From: an uncultured Actinomycetota bacterium
Lineage (GTDB): Bacteria > Actinomycetota > Actinomycetes > JAHEKZ01
Length of the DNA stretch: 64,000 nucleotides
Assembly (NCBI GenBank): GCA_963718235.1
Contig: CAVQYR010000001.1
Location: 576,001-640,000 of the forward strand
Reading direction: 5' to 3'
The notes below the pieces were generated by a model. That model saw only the letters and a list, made by a program, of their open reading frames with translations. It did not search any database and was not told the origin of the DNA. Of the stretch, positions 39,212-48,646 are shown piece after piece. Numbering within the stretch: the first letter of the stretch is position 1; each line of letters starts with the position of its first letter. The position numbers were made by a program, and so were the translations under genes.

Positions 39212-39266
39212 CGCACCTAGGCTACTGACCGGGCCAGTGACCACTGCCGAGGAGGACCCTGCCGCG

Positions 39267-40139
39267 ATGACCGACCAGCCGGACCCCGCCGCGACGACGA
39301 TCAAGCCCGGTGCCGAATGGGTACGCAGTGGTGACTACGCCGACATCGAGTACCACACCGCCGACGGCATGGCGAAGATCACGATCAACCGGCCCGAGGT
39401 GCGCAACGCCTTCCGCCCGCAGACCCTCTTCGAGCTGCAGCACGCGTTCAACGTCGCCCGCGACGACGACACAGTCGGGGTGATCGTCCTGACCGGCAAG
39501 GGCGACCTCGCATTCTGCTCCGGGGGTGACCAGCGGATCCGGGGGGACGACGGCTACCTCGGGGACGACGACGTCGCCCACAAGGGGATCGGTCGGCTCA
39601 ACGTCTTGGACCTGCAGGTGCAGATCCGGCGCACGCCGAAGCCGGTGGTGGCGATGATCGCCGGGTACGCCGTGGGCGGCGGCCACGTGCTGCACGTCGT
39701 CTGCGACCTGTCGATCGCCGCGGACAACGCCCGGTTCCAGCAGACCGGTCCCAAGGTCGGGTCGTTCGACGGCGGCTACGGCTCCGGCCTGCTGGCCGCG
39801 CAGATCGGCCAGAAGCGCGCCAGGGAGATCTGGTTCCTGTGCCGTCAGTACGACGCGGCAACAGCACTCGACTGGGGCCTCGTGAACGCGGTGGTCCCGC
39901 TCGAGCAGCTGGAGATCGAGACAGTTCGCTGGTGTCGGGAGATGCTCGAGCACTCACCACTCGCGCTGCGCATGCTGAAGGCGTCGATGAACGCCGCCGA
40001 CGACGGTCTGGCCGGCGTGCAGCAGCTCGCCGGCGACGCGACCCTGCTCTTCTACATGACCGAGGAGGCCCAGGAGGGCCGCAACGCCTACCAGGACAGG
40101 CGCAAGCCCGACTTCGGCAAGTTCCCCAAGCGTCCCTGA
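39267..40139 (+). CDS. menB: 1,4-dihydroxy-2-naphthoyl-CoA synthase
   Basis: [45 protein letters not shown]; GAGGAGG RBS. Confidence 0.97.
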   Translation: MTDQPDPAATTIKPGAEWVRSGDYADIEYHTADGMAKITINRPEVRNAFRPQTLFELQHAFNVARDDDTVGVIVLTGKGDLAFCSGGDQRIRGDDGYLGDDDVAHKGIGRLNVLDLQVQIRRTPKPVVAMIAGYAVGGGHVLHVVCDLSIAADNARFQQTGPKVGSFDGGYGSGLLAAQIGQKRAREIWFLCRQYDAATALDWGLVNAVVPLEQLEIETVRWCREMLEHSPLALRMLKASMNAADDGLAGVQQLAGDATLLFYMTEEAQEGRNAYQDRRKPDFGKFPKRP

Positions 40140-40142
40140 CCC

Positions 40143-41120
40143 GTGGCCCTCCCCTCGCTGGACGACCTCCTGGACGGATCGGTCTGTTTCGCCGTCCCTC
40201 TCACCGTCCGGTTCCGCGGCACCGACCATCGCGAGGGCCTGCTCGTCCGCGGTCCGGTGGGCTGGGGTGAGTTCGCGCCGTTCCCCGAGTACGGACCGGC
40301 CGAGTCGTCGAGGTGGCTCGCGGCTGCGATAGAGGCCGCGTGGACCGGCTGGCCGGAGCCACTGCGCGACACCGTTCCGGTCAACGCCATCGTCCCTGCG
40401 GTGGAGCCGGACGTCGCGTCGCGGCTGACCCGGGAGTCCGGCTGCACGACCGCGAAGGTCAAGGTGGCTGACGCTGGTCAGTCGCTGGCGCAGGACGTCG
40501 CGCGGGTGGCTGCCGTCCGGGATGCACTCGGCCCGGCCGGCGCGGTGCGGGTCGACGCTAACGGAGCGTGGACCCTCGACGAGGCGGTCGACGCCCTTCG
40601 TGAGCTCGAGCCGTTCGGTCTGGAGTACGCGGAGCAGCCGTGCCCGACGATCGAGGAGTGCGCCCAGGTGCGGCGGGTGGTCGACGTCCCGCTGGCGATC
40701 GACGAGGGGGTACGGCGGGCCGGAGACCCCCGGGCGGTGGTCGGGCTGCGCGAGGCCGCCGACGTCCTCGTGCTGAAGGTGCCCCCGCTGGGCGGGGTGG
40801 GCGCCGCGCTGCGCGTGGCCGAGACCTACGGGCTGCCGTGCGTCGTCTCGTCGGCTCTGGACACCTCCGTGGGGCTCGCGGCCGGGCTGGCCCTGGCCGC
40901 CGCGCTGCCTGAGCTCCCCTACGCGTGCGGCCTGGCCAGTGGGCTCCTGCTGGCTTCCGACGTCGTCACCGACCGCCTGCTGCCCGTGCAGGGAAGCCTC
41001 GGCGTGCGGCGCCCGTCGGTCGACCGCGCCGTGGTGTCCGCCTCGGCCCCCACCGATGGCTGGAACCGCTGGCGCTCGCGCCTGGCGCAGGCACACGAGG
41101 TCCTGTCCAGGACCTCCTAG
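40143..41120 (+). CDS. menC: o-succinylbenzoate synthase
   Basis: GWGEFAPF, TAKVKVA, RVDANGAW, YAEQP, AIDE, LKV.PLGG, VSSALDT. Confidence 0.93.
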   Translation: MALPSLDDLLDGSVCFAVPLTVRFRGTDHREGLLVRGPVGWGEFAPFPEYGPAESSRWLAAAIEAAWTGWPEPLRDTVPVNAIVPAVEPDVASRLTRESGCTTAKVKVADAGQSLAQDVARVAAVRDALGPAGAVRVDANGAWTLDEAVDALRELEPFGLEYAEQPCPTIEECAQVRRVVDVPLAIDEGVRRAGDPRAVVGLREAADVLVLKVPPLGGVGAALRVAETYGLPCVVSSALDTSVGLAAGLALAAALPELPYACGLASGLLLASDVVTDRLLPVQGSLGVRRPSVDRAVVSASAPTDGWNRWRSRLAQAHEVLSRTS

Positions 41121-41239
41121 GGCTCCTGCGCAATGCACCCGATCTGGCGATGAAGATCGGGTGTCCGGGCGGCCGATACAGTCGACAGGTCCGTCTGCCC
41201 GCGTTCTCGGCCCCCACGCGCCACCCGGCAGGAGAAGTG

Positions 41240-42931
41240 ATGAACCCCTCGACCGCGCTCGCCACGGTGCTGGTCGACGAGCTGCTGCGGTGCGGGGTGC
41301 GGGAGGCAGTGCTGTCGCCCGGGTCGCGCTCGACGCCGCTGGCGCTGGCCCTCCAGGCGGCCGACGACGACGGGCGGGTCCGCCTGCACGTGCGGATCGA
41401 CGAGCGCAGTGCGGGCTTCCTGGCCCTCGGGCTGGCCAAGGTGTCGCACGCCCCGGTCCCCGTCGTGACCACCTCGGGGACGGCGGCGGCGAACCTGCAC
41501 CCGGCCGTGCTGGAGGCCGACCAGAGCGGCGTGCCCCTGCTCGTGCTCTCCGCGGACCGCCCCCCTGAGCTGCGTTCGACCGGTGCCAACCAGACCATCG
41601 ACCAGGTCAAGCTCTACGGCAGCGCGGTGCGGCTGTTCGCCGAGGTCGGTACCCCGGATGCGGTGGTGGGCCTCACCGCCTACTGGCGGGCGCTGGCCGG
41701 GCGGGCCGCGGCCGCGGCCCTCGGCACCTTGTCGCGCGACCCGGGCCCGGTCCACCTCAACCTCGCGTTCCGCGAGCCCCTGGTGCCCAACGGCGACGCG
41801 ACCTGGCCGGAGCCGCTGGGAGGCCGCCCCGACGGTCAGCCCTGGACCCTGGTCGAGCCGGCCGACACGCTCGCGCCGAACGCGAGCCTGCCGGCGCGCA
41901 CCCTGGTGATCGTGGGCGACGCCCTTCCCGAGCTCGGGCGAGACGCCGTCCGCCTGGCCGAGGAGCGAGGCTGGCCCGTCGTCAGCGAGCCGAGCGGGAA
42001 CGCGCGCAGTGGGCCGAACGCGATCTCGACCGGCGGGCTCCTGCTCGCTTCGCCGCAGTTCCTCGTCGAGGCGCGGCCCGACCACGTGCTCGTCGTGGGT
42101 CGACCGACCGTCTCCCGGGCGGTGATGGTGCTGCTGGGTGACCCTCGGGTCTCCGTCTCGGTCGTGGCTGGGGCCGAGCGCTGGGCGGATGCCACGCGCA
42201 CGGCGGCGCACGTGCTGCCGGGGCTACCGGTCAGCGACGGCCACCACGAGCCGGACGAGGAGTGGCTGCAGACGTGGCGAGACGCCGAGGCTGCGGCCAG
42301 AGCGTCGCTCGACGACCTCCTGGACGAAGGCCTCAGCGAGCCGCGGCTGGCCCGCGACCTGTGCGCGGCGCTGCCCGCGGACGCCCTGCTCTACCTGGGC
42401 TCCTCGATGCCGGTCCGCGACGTGTTCCACGCCGCTGCGGCCCGCGACGGCGTGACCGTGCTGGCCAACCGCGGAGCCGCTGGGATCGACGGCACGATCT
42501 CTAGTGCGATTGGTGCGGCGCTTGCCTGGCAACGTTCCGGCGGTGGGCGGGCCTTCGCGCTGGTCGGTGACCTGACCGCGCTGCACGACGGAAACGGGCT
42601 GATCCTCGGACCCGACGAGATGCGGCCCGACCTCACGATCGTGGTCGTGAACAACGACGGTGGTGCGATCTTCGGTTTGCTGGAGCAGTCAGGCGAGGAG
42701 CACGCCGACGCCTACGAACGGGTTTTCGGCACTCCCCACGGGGTCGACTTCGCCGCCTGGTGCGGTGCGACGCAGACGCCGTTCACCCGCGCGCGCGACG
42801 TGGTCGGGGCCCTGACGGCTGCGCTCGACCCTCGCGGTGGCCTCCAGGTCGTCGAGCTGCGCACCGACCGAGCCGACGTGGCCAAGACGCAGGCCGCGCT
42901 GCGCGACGTCGTCACCCGAGCAGTCACCTGA
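41240..42931 (+). CDS. menD: SEPHCHC synthase (ThDP-dependent)
   Basis: SPGSRSTPL, IDERSAGF, TTSGTA, ANQTIDQ, NRGAAGIDG, GDL..LHD..NNDGGAIF. Confidence 0.96.
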   Translation: MNPSTALATVLVDELLRCGVREAVLSPGSRSTPLALALQAADDDGRVRLHVRIDERSAGFLALGLAKVSHAPVPVVTTSGTAAANLHPAVLEADQSGVPLLVLSADRPPELRSTGANQTIDQVKLYGSAVRLFAEVGTPDAVVGLTAYWRALAGRAAAAALGTLSRDPGPVHLNLAFREPLVPNGDATWPEPLGGRPDGQPWTLVEPADTLAPNASLPARTLVIVGDALPELGRDAVRLAEERGWPVVSEPSGNARSGPNAISTGGLLLASPQFLVEARPDHVLVVGRPTVSRAVMVLLGDPRVSVSVVAGAERWADATRTAAHVLPGLPVSDGHHEPDEEWLQTWRDAEAAARASLDDLLDEGLSEPRLARDLCAALPADALLYLGSSMPVRDVFHAAAARDGVTVLANRGAAGIDGTISSAIGAALAWQRSGGGRAFALVGDLTALHDGNGLILGPDEMRPDLTIVVVNNDGGAIFGLLEQSGEEHADAYERVFGTPHGVDFAAWCGATQTPFTRARDVVGALTAALDPRGGLQVVELRTDRADVAKTQAALRDVVTRAVT

Positions 42932-42952
42932 ACCGCGCCCGGGCGACACCGG

Positions 42953-43927
42953 CTAGGCCTGGGCCTTCTTGGTCTCCTCGATGATCGCCGGAAGGATCTT
43001 GTGCAGGTCACCGATGACGGCGTAGTCGGCGTAGCCCATGATCGCTGCCTCGGCGTCGTTGTTGATCACGATCATCGTCTTGGCGTTACGGCACCCGGCA
43101 ATGTGCTGGGTCGCCCCGCTGATCCCTGCGGCGATGTAGAGGTCCGGCGCCACCTTCGTACCGGTCTGCCCCACCTGCTCGGTGTGTGGTCGCCACCCGT
43201 TCCCGGTGACCACCCGAGAGCAGCCGACTGCTCCGCCGAGCAGCTCGGCGAGCTCCTCCAGCGGTGCGAACCCCTCGGCGCTGCCCACGCCACGCCCACC
43301 GGACACGATCACCTTGGCGTCGGCCAGTGAGACCTTGCCGGGGCCGGCCTCCTCGTCGGCCGCCGGCTGCGCGAGCACGACGAGGTCGGCGTCGGACAGC
43401 TCGGGGGTGAACTCGGCGACCGCGACCGTGGTCGCCCCGCCCGGCTCTGCGGCGAACGTGTGCGGGACGACGGTGGCGAGGGTCGTGGGTGCGTGCACGA
43501 TCGCCTCCTCGATGAGGCTGCCGCCCCACCGCGCCCTGGTCACCGTGGTCGGGTCACCGGGCTGGACGGCGACGCAGTCCGCGGCGACGGGAAGGTCGGT
43601 GATCGCACCCAGGTGGGCGAGCACCTCGTTCCCGCGCAGTGAACCGACGGCCAGCACGACCGTGGTGCCCGAGCGCTGCATCACCTCGGCCACCGCCCGC
43701 GCCGACGCGAGCGGCGCGTAGTCGGTCAGGCCGGGGTGCACGGCCAGGTGCGCCGTGGTGACTCCGTAGTCACCGAGGGCAGCTGTGGCGGGCCGGCCGT
43801 CTTCTCCGACGACGACAGCCTCGAGCGGCTCTGCGAGCCCACCCGCCAGCTGGCGACCGAAGGTCAGCGCCTGCAGCGTCAGCTCGTCCAGCTGTCCGTG
43901 GTCGTGGTCGACGAGGACGAGTACCAC
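42953..43927 (-). CDS. etfA: Electron transfer flavoprotein alpha subunit
   Basis: VSGGRGVG, VGCSR, QVGQTG, AAGISGATQHIAG, INND..AAI. Confidence 0.95.
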   Translation of the reverse strand: MVLVLVDHDHGQLDELTLQALTFGRQLAGGLAEPLEAVVVGEDGRPATAALGDYGVTTAHLAVHPGLTDYAPLASARAVAEVMQRSGTTVVLAVGSLRGNEVLAHLGAITDLPVAADCVAVQPGDPTTVTRARWGGSLIEEAIVHAPTTLATVVPHTFAAEPGGATTVAVAEFTPELSDADLVVLAQPAADEEAGPGKVSLADAKVIVSGGRGVGSAEGFAPLEELAELLGGAVGCSRVVTGNGWRPHTEQVGQTGTKVAPDLYIAAGISGATQHIAGCRNAKTMIVINNDAEAAIMGYADYAVIGDLHKILPAIIEETKKAQA

Positions 43928-44683
43928 TCAGATCACCCCGATCTGCTTGAAGATCTCGACGACTGCGGGCGCGGCTTCCGGACCGGTGCCCAGCACGGCG
44001 GCCTGCTTGGCCTCGGTCTGCGGGACGACGAGCCGGGTCTTCTGCAGCCGCGGCTCGGGACGGTCCGGCGTGCGTCGGTCGACCGGCTTCTTCTTGGCCC
44101 GGATGCGTCCTGGCACCGATGGGTAGCGAGGCACGTTCAGCCCGTCGAGCACGGTGACCACGGCCGGGAGCGGAACCTCGTAGCGCTCGCGCGCCGATGC
44201 GGTGGGTCGTTCGCAGGTGACCCGACCGTCGTCGACGGTCATCGCCTTCACCCCGGTGACGACGGGTCGGCCCAGGGTGTGGGCCACCCGGATGCCGACC
44301 TGGTAGCCGCTTGCGTCGGCCGACTCGTTGCCCATGATCACCAGGTCGAACGAGGTCTCGTCGGCCACGATCGCCTCGGCGATCGCCGTCGCCGTCGCCT
44401 GCGGGTCCCACTCCTGGCCGTCGGTCTCGATCAGGATGCCCCGGTCGGCGCCGATCGCCATCTGCTCGCGGATCTGCTCCTCGGCCTCGGCCGGGCCGAG
44501 GGTGAGCACGGTGACGCTGCCCCCGTGCTTCTCCACGAGCCGGACCGCCTCCTCGACCGCGACCTCCTCGTGCGGGCTGATCGTGAATCCGAGCCGGGCC
44601 GTCTCGATGTCCAGGCCGTCCTCGGTGATGGTGAACTTGCCCCCGCTCAGGGGGACCCGCTTGATGCAGACCAGGATGTCCAT
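43928..44683 (-). CDS. etfB: Electron transfer flavoprotein beta subunit
   Basis: ILVCIKRVP, AVEEAVRL, IGADRG, GNESAD..QVG, PRYPS..AKKKP. Confidence 0.95.
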   Translation of the reverse strand: MDILVCIKRVPLSGGKFTITEDGLDIETARLGFTISPHEEVAVEEAVRLVEKHGGSVTVLTLGPAEAEEQIREQMAIGADRGILIETDGQEWDPQATATAIAEAIVADETSFDLVIMGNESADASGYQVGIRVAHTLGRPVVTGVKAMTVDDGRVTCERPTASARERYEVPLPAVVTVLDGLNVPRYPSVPGRIRAKKKPVDRRTPDRPEPRLQKTRLVVPQTEAKQAAVLGTGPEAAPAVVEIFKQIGVI

Positions 44684-47202
44684 CAGGAGAGAATCCGCTC
44701 GTTCTTGGGGTCGAACAGGGGAGTGGCGCCGGCCACGGCGACCGTCACCGGGTAGTGCTCACCGAGGTACTCCACGACGAGCTTGGTGCCCTCGACGGCG
44801 TACTGCGGCGGCAGGTAGCTCATGAGCACGTGCTGCCCGAGTGACGGTGCCGAGCCGGCGCTGGTGACGAACGAGTACCGGCCGTGAGCGTCGACGATCG
44901 AACCGTGGTCGGGCGTGAGGATCGGCTCCTTGCCCATCATGTAGCGCTTCTCGCCGGTGCTGCTGGTGTGGTCGTCGACGGTCAACGTGCACAGCACGGT
45001 CACGGGCTCGGCCTCGCGGTGCTTCAGGTGCGCGGCTTTGCCGATGAAGTCGTGCTCCTTGATCTTCGGCGGAGCCATGCCGGCCTCGACGACGGTGTAC
45101 TCAGACTCCAGCTCTGCGCCGAAGGCCCGGTAACCCTTCTCGAGTCGTCCGGTCGTGCCGTAGACGCCAATGCCGACGGGGACGACGCCGTACTCCTGGC
45201 CAGCGTCCCAGACGGCGTCCCACAGCTGGGCGCCCTGCTCCATCGGGACGTAGAGCTCCCAGCCGAGGTCGCCCACGTAGGAGATCCGTGAGGCGAGCAC
45301 CTTCAAGGACCCGATCTCGATCGTGCGGCAGGTGCCGAACTTGAAGGCCTCGTTGGAGACGTCGTCACGAGTGATGCTGGACAAGATGTCCCTGGCCTTG
45401 GGCCCCCAGAGTCCCAGCGTCGTGTACGACGACGTGAGGTCGAACACCTGCGCCGTGCCGTCGGCCGGCAGGTTGTCGGAGAACCACTTGAGGTCGGCCA
45501 TTCCGTGAGCGCCACCGGTGACCACTCGGTAGTGGTCGTGTCCGAGACGCATCACGGTCAGGTCGGACTTGAAGCCACCGCTGGGCGAGAGCACCGGCGT
45601 GTAGACGACACGGCCGTTCGGGACGTCCATCTGGCGCATGCAGACCGTCTGCAGTGCCTCGAGCGCGCCGGGACCGGTGATGTCGAAGATGACGAAGGCG
45701 GTGAGGTCCACCATGCCTGCGGTGTCGCGCATCGCCAGGTGCTCGGCGTTGATGATCGGTGACCACCAGCGCGACTCCCACTCGGCGGTGCGTGGCATCA
45801 CGGCGTCGCCGTACTTGGCGACCAGGTCGGCGTTCGACTCGTACCAGAACGGCCGCTCCCAGCCGGCGGTCTCGAAGAACGTGGCTCCGAGCGCCTTCTC
45901 GCGCTCGTAGAACGGCGAGAGCCGCACGTTGCGGTTGGACTCCCACTGCTCGGCCGGGTGAACGATGCCGTAGGTCTTGTTGAAGCCCTCGGCCGTACGC
46001 TCCTTGACGTTCTTGCGCGTCGTCTGATGGGGGTAGAAGCGGGCGATGTCGGAGGCCTGCAGGTCGATCTCGGACTCGCCGTTGACCATCCACTCCGAGA
46101 CGGCGCGGCCGATGCCTGGGCCCTCCTTGATCCACACCGCAGACACCGACCAGAGGCCCTTGACCTCGGGCGTCTCGCCGAGCAGTGGCATGCCGTCAGG
46201 AGTCAGCGAGAGCAGTCCGTTGATGGCGTACTTCTGGCCGACGGTCTCGTCGCCGACGATCTCGGGCATCAGCTCGAGTGCCTGCTCGTACTGCAGCTCG
46301 AAGTCCTCGGCGGTGAAGGGGAACTCGGTGGGCGACAGCTGCGCCTCCTCGACCGACGGCAGGTCCTCGGGGTCGTAGAGGATCGCGCGGTGTGCGTAGG
46401 AGCCGATCTCCAGGCCGCCGCCGTGCTGGCGCTCGTACATGTTGGTGTCCATGTCGCGCACGATCGGGAACTCGATGTCGCCCTTGGCGTCGGCGAACCG
46501 GGGCACGGGTCCGACGTCGATCATCTGGTGCACTGCCGGCGTCAACGGGATCGAGGCACCGGCCATCCGGGCCAGGCGCGGACCCCACAGCCCGGTCGCG
46601 ATGACGACGTACTCGGCCTCGATCCGGCCCTTGTCGGTGACCACGGCCTTGACCCGGCCGTCCTCGACCTCGATGTCGTGCACCTCGGTCTCTGCCGAGA
46701 CCGTCAAGGCCCCCATCTCCTGGGCCTTCTCGCGCATCAGCGTGCCGGCGCGCAACGAGTCGACCACACCGACGGTCGGTGTGTAGAAGCCACCGAGGAT
46801 CACACTGCCGTCCATGTACGGCACGAGCTCGACGCACTCATCAGGGGTGAGGATGGTGCAGTCGGGAATGCCCCAGGCCTTGGACGACGACATGCGGCGC
46901 TGCAGCTCCTGCATGCGCTCCTCGGTGCGCGCGACCTCGATGCCACCGCACTGGGTGAAGACACCGAGCTCCTTGTACTGCTTGACGCTGTCGAAGGTGA
47001 GCAGCGCCATCTCCTTGGTGTGGTCGACCGGGAAGATGAAGTTCGACGCGTGGCCGGTCGAACCGCCGGGGTTCGGCAGCGGGCCCTTGTCGATCTGCAC
47101 GAGGTCGCGCCAGCCCAGACGCGCCAGGTGGTAGGCCATGGAGTTGCCGACGATGCCGGCGCCGATGATGACCGCCTTGGCCTTGGTGGGGAGGGTGCTC
47201 AT
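44683..47202 (-). CDS. Dimethylglycine oxidase/dehydrogenase-family flavoprotein (FAD domain + GcvT folate domain)
   Basis: IIGAGIVG, GGSTGHAS (covalent-FAD His region), TPDGMPLLG, AGWERP, SYVGDLGWE, RLEKGYR. Confidence 0.9.
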   Translation of the reverse strand: MSTLPTKAKAVIIGAGIVGNSMAYHLARLGWRDLVQIDKGPLPNPGGSTGHASNFIFPVDHTKEMALLTFDSVKQYKELGVFTQCGGIEVARTEERMQELQRRMSSSKAWGIPDCTILTPDECVELVPYMDGSVILGGFYTPTVGVVDSLRAGTLMREKAQEMGALTVSAETEVHDIEVEDGRVKAVVTDKGRIEAEYVVIATGLWGPRLARMAGASIPLTPAVHQMIDVGPVPRFADAKGDIEFPIVRDMDTNMYERQHGGGLEIGSYAHRAILYDPEDLPSVEEAQLSPTEFPFTAEDFELQYEQALELMPEIVGDETVGQKYAINGLLSLTPDGMPLLGETPEVKGLWSVSAVWIKEGPGIGRAVSEWMVNGESEIDLQASDIARFYPHQTTRKNVKERTAEGFNKTYGIVHPAEQWESNRNVRLSPFYEREKALGATFFETAGWERPFWYESNADLVAKYGDAVMPRTAEWESRWWSPIINAEHLAMRDTAGMVDLTAFVIFDITGPGALEALQTVCMRQMDVPNGRVVYTPVLSPSGGFKSDLTVMRLGHDHYRVVTGGAHGMADLKWFSDNLPADGTAQVFDLTSSYTTLGLWGPKARDILSSITRDDVSNEAFKFGTCRTIEIGSLKVLASRISYVGDLGWELYVPMEQGAQLWDAVWDAGQEYGVVPVGIGVYGTTGRLEKGYRAFGAELESEYTVVEAGMAPPKIKEHDFIGKAAHLKHREAEPVTVLCTLTVDDHTSSTGEKRYMMGKEPILTPDHGSIVDAHGRYSFVTSAGSAPSLGQHVLMSYLPPQYAVEGTKLVVEYLGEHYPVTVAVAGATPLFDPKNERILS

Positions 47203-47247
47203 GGTGCGTTCCCTTCGTTTCCTGACGGGTGGTGCCGGTGCGTGGTG

Positions 47248-47919
47248 CTACAGCGAACGGCGGATCGAGCCTTCGAATCCGTCGACGTGGGAGGACATGA
47301 CGGCGGTGGCGCGCTCGGCGTCACCGCTGCGGATGGCCTCGAGCAGGCTGCGGTGCTCGAGGACGGCGTCCTCGAGGTGGCTGACCCGGTCGAGGGCGAG
47401 GAACCAGATGCGTAGCGCGTGCATGTAGTGCTCGTCGAGCACGGATGCCAGGAACTCGTTGTGGGCGGCCCGGTGCACGAACCGGTGGATGCGCTGGTCG
47501 ACCTCGATCAGCCGGCGCTCCTCGGGCAGCTCGCCCAGGGCGTCCAGCTCGACGAGCAGGCCCTCGAGGTCGTCGCGGTCGGCGTCGTTTCGCCGCTCGG
47601 CGGCGAGACCGGCCGCGAACGGCTCCAGGACGCTGCGCACCTCCGACAGGGCGGCCAGGTCGCGGACGTCGACGCCTGCGACGAACATGCCGCGCCGGGG
47701 GTAGACCTCGACCAGGTTCTCCCTAGCCAGGGCGCGAAGCGCCTCGCGCACGGGGGTGCGGCCGATCCCGAGCCGGGCCATCAGGTCCTGCTCGCTGACC
47801 ACCGACCCGGGGGCGAGGTCGAGGGTGACGATCATGCTGCGGATCGCGTAGTAGGCCTGCTCCGACTGCGAGCCGGCATCGGCCGACGCCGGCTGCAGGA
47901 TCTCCACGGACGAGGTCAC
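47248..47919 (-). CDS. GntR family regulator (FCD domain)
   Basis: LGIGRTPVREAL, PRRG, FH..AHNEFL, EHR..L.AI, MSSH. Confidence 0.93.
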   Translation of the reverse strand: MTSSVEILQPASADAGSQSEQAYYAIRSMIVTLDLAPGSVVSEQDLMARLGIGRTPVREALRALARENLVEVYPRRGMFVAGVDVRDLAALSEVRSVLEPFAAGLAAERRNDADRDDLEGLLVELDALGELPEERRLIEVDQRIHRFVHRAAHNEFLASVLDEHYMHALRIWFLALDRVSHLEDAVLEHRSLLEAIRSGDAERATAVMSSHVDGFEGSIRRSL

Positions 47920-47920
47920 G

Positions 47921-47936
47921 GTATAGATATATCAGT
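47921..47936. promoter_or_regulatory. Candidate GntR operator
   Basis: AT-rich GATATATC palindrome (47926-47933) immediately upstream of the gntR start. Confidence 0.55.
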
Positions 47937-47964
47937 TACCCCCCGATTCGTACACCACCTCTTT

Positions 47965-48029
47965 CAAGTTGATCATGGACATGATGTGCGGTCTCGACCG
48001 GTTTCGACCGCATCTTCTGCTTGATCAAC
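47965..48029 (+). repeat. REP/MITE-like repeat, copy 1
   Basis: CAAGTTGATCATGGACATGATGTGCGGTCTCGACCG...; self-complementary ends GTTGATCA/TGATCAAC and internal TGCGGTC/GACCGCA stem. Confidence 0.8.
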
Positions 48030-48066
48030 GCGACGTGGGCGAGTGAAGCCCTGGGGTGGGGGGGAG

Positions 48067-48519
48067 TTACTGGCCGGCCTCCGCGGCGCGCAGCCGGCGG
48101 GCCAGCACCGACAGCATCGGGACGGCGACCTCGGGGTGCTCGTCGAGCAGGGCCTTGAACGTCGGCTTCTCCAGCGCGAAGGTCGTCATGCCCTCCGGCC
48201 CGGCCACGACATCGGCCGTGCGTGGTTCGCCGTCGATGAGCGACAGCTCGCCGAAGTACTGCCCAGGCCCGAGGGTCGCCACGGTGGTGCCTCCCTTGAC
48301 GACGTCGCCGGAGCCCTCCAGGACGAGGTGGAAGAGCACCCCTCGGGCGGAGAAGGTCTTGAACCCGGCGACCGACTCACCCTCGACGGTCACCTTCTCG
48401 CCAGGGGGGAAGCGGCCCTCCTCACCGGCGTGCACGAGCTTCTTCAGGGTGCGATGGGACAGACCGGAGAACAGGTCGGTCGACTCCATGACCGTGACGA
48501 TCGCCTCTGTGGAATCCAC
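48067..48519 (-). CDS. Stand-alone cyclic nucleotide-binding domain protein
   Basis: GTG 48519 with GGGAGG RBS; LFSGL, LVLEG, phosphate-binding cassette FGELSLIDGEPRTADV. Confidence 0.88.
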   Translation of the reverse strand: MDSTEAIVTVMESTDLFSGLSHRTLKKLVHAGEEGRFPPGEKVTVEGESVAGFKTFSARGVLFHLVLEGSGDVVKGGTTVATLGPGQYFGELSLIDGEPRTADVVAGPEGMTTFALEKPTFKALLDEHPEVAVPMLSVLARRLRAAEAGQ

Positions 48520-48646
48520 GTACGCTTCCCTCCCGCAAAGCCCCCGTCCGACCGTCGGGCGGAGGCGACAACCGTCGTCGCGGCTCGGTGCTGACCGAGG
48601 AGCGCGACGGACCTGGGCATGATCGTCCGCTGACCGGGTACGCCGG

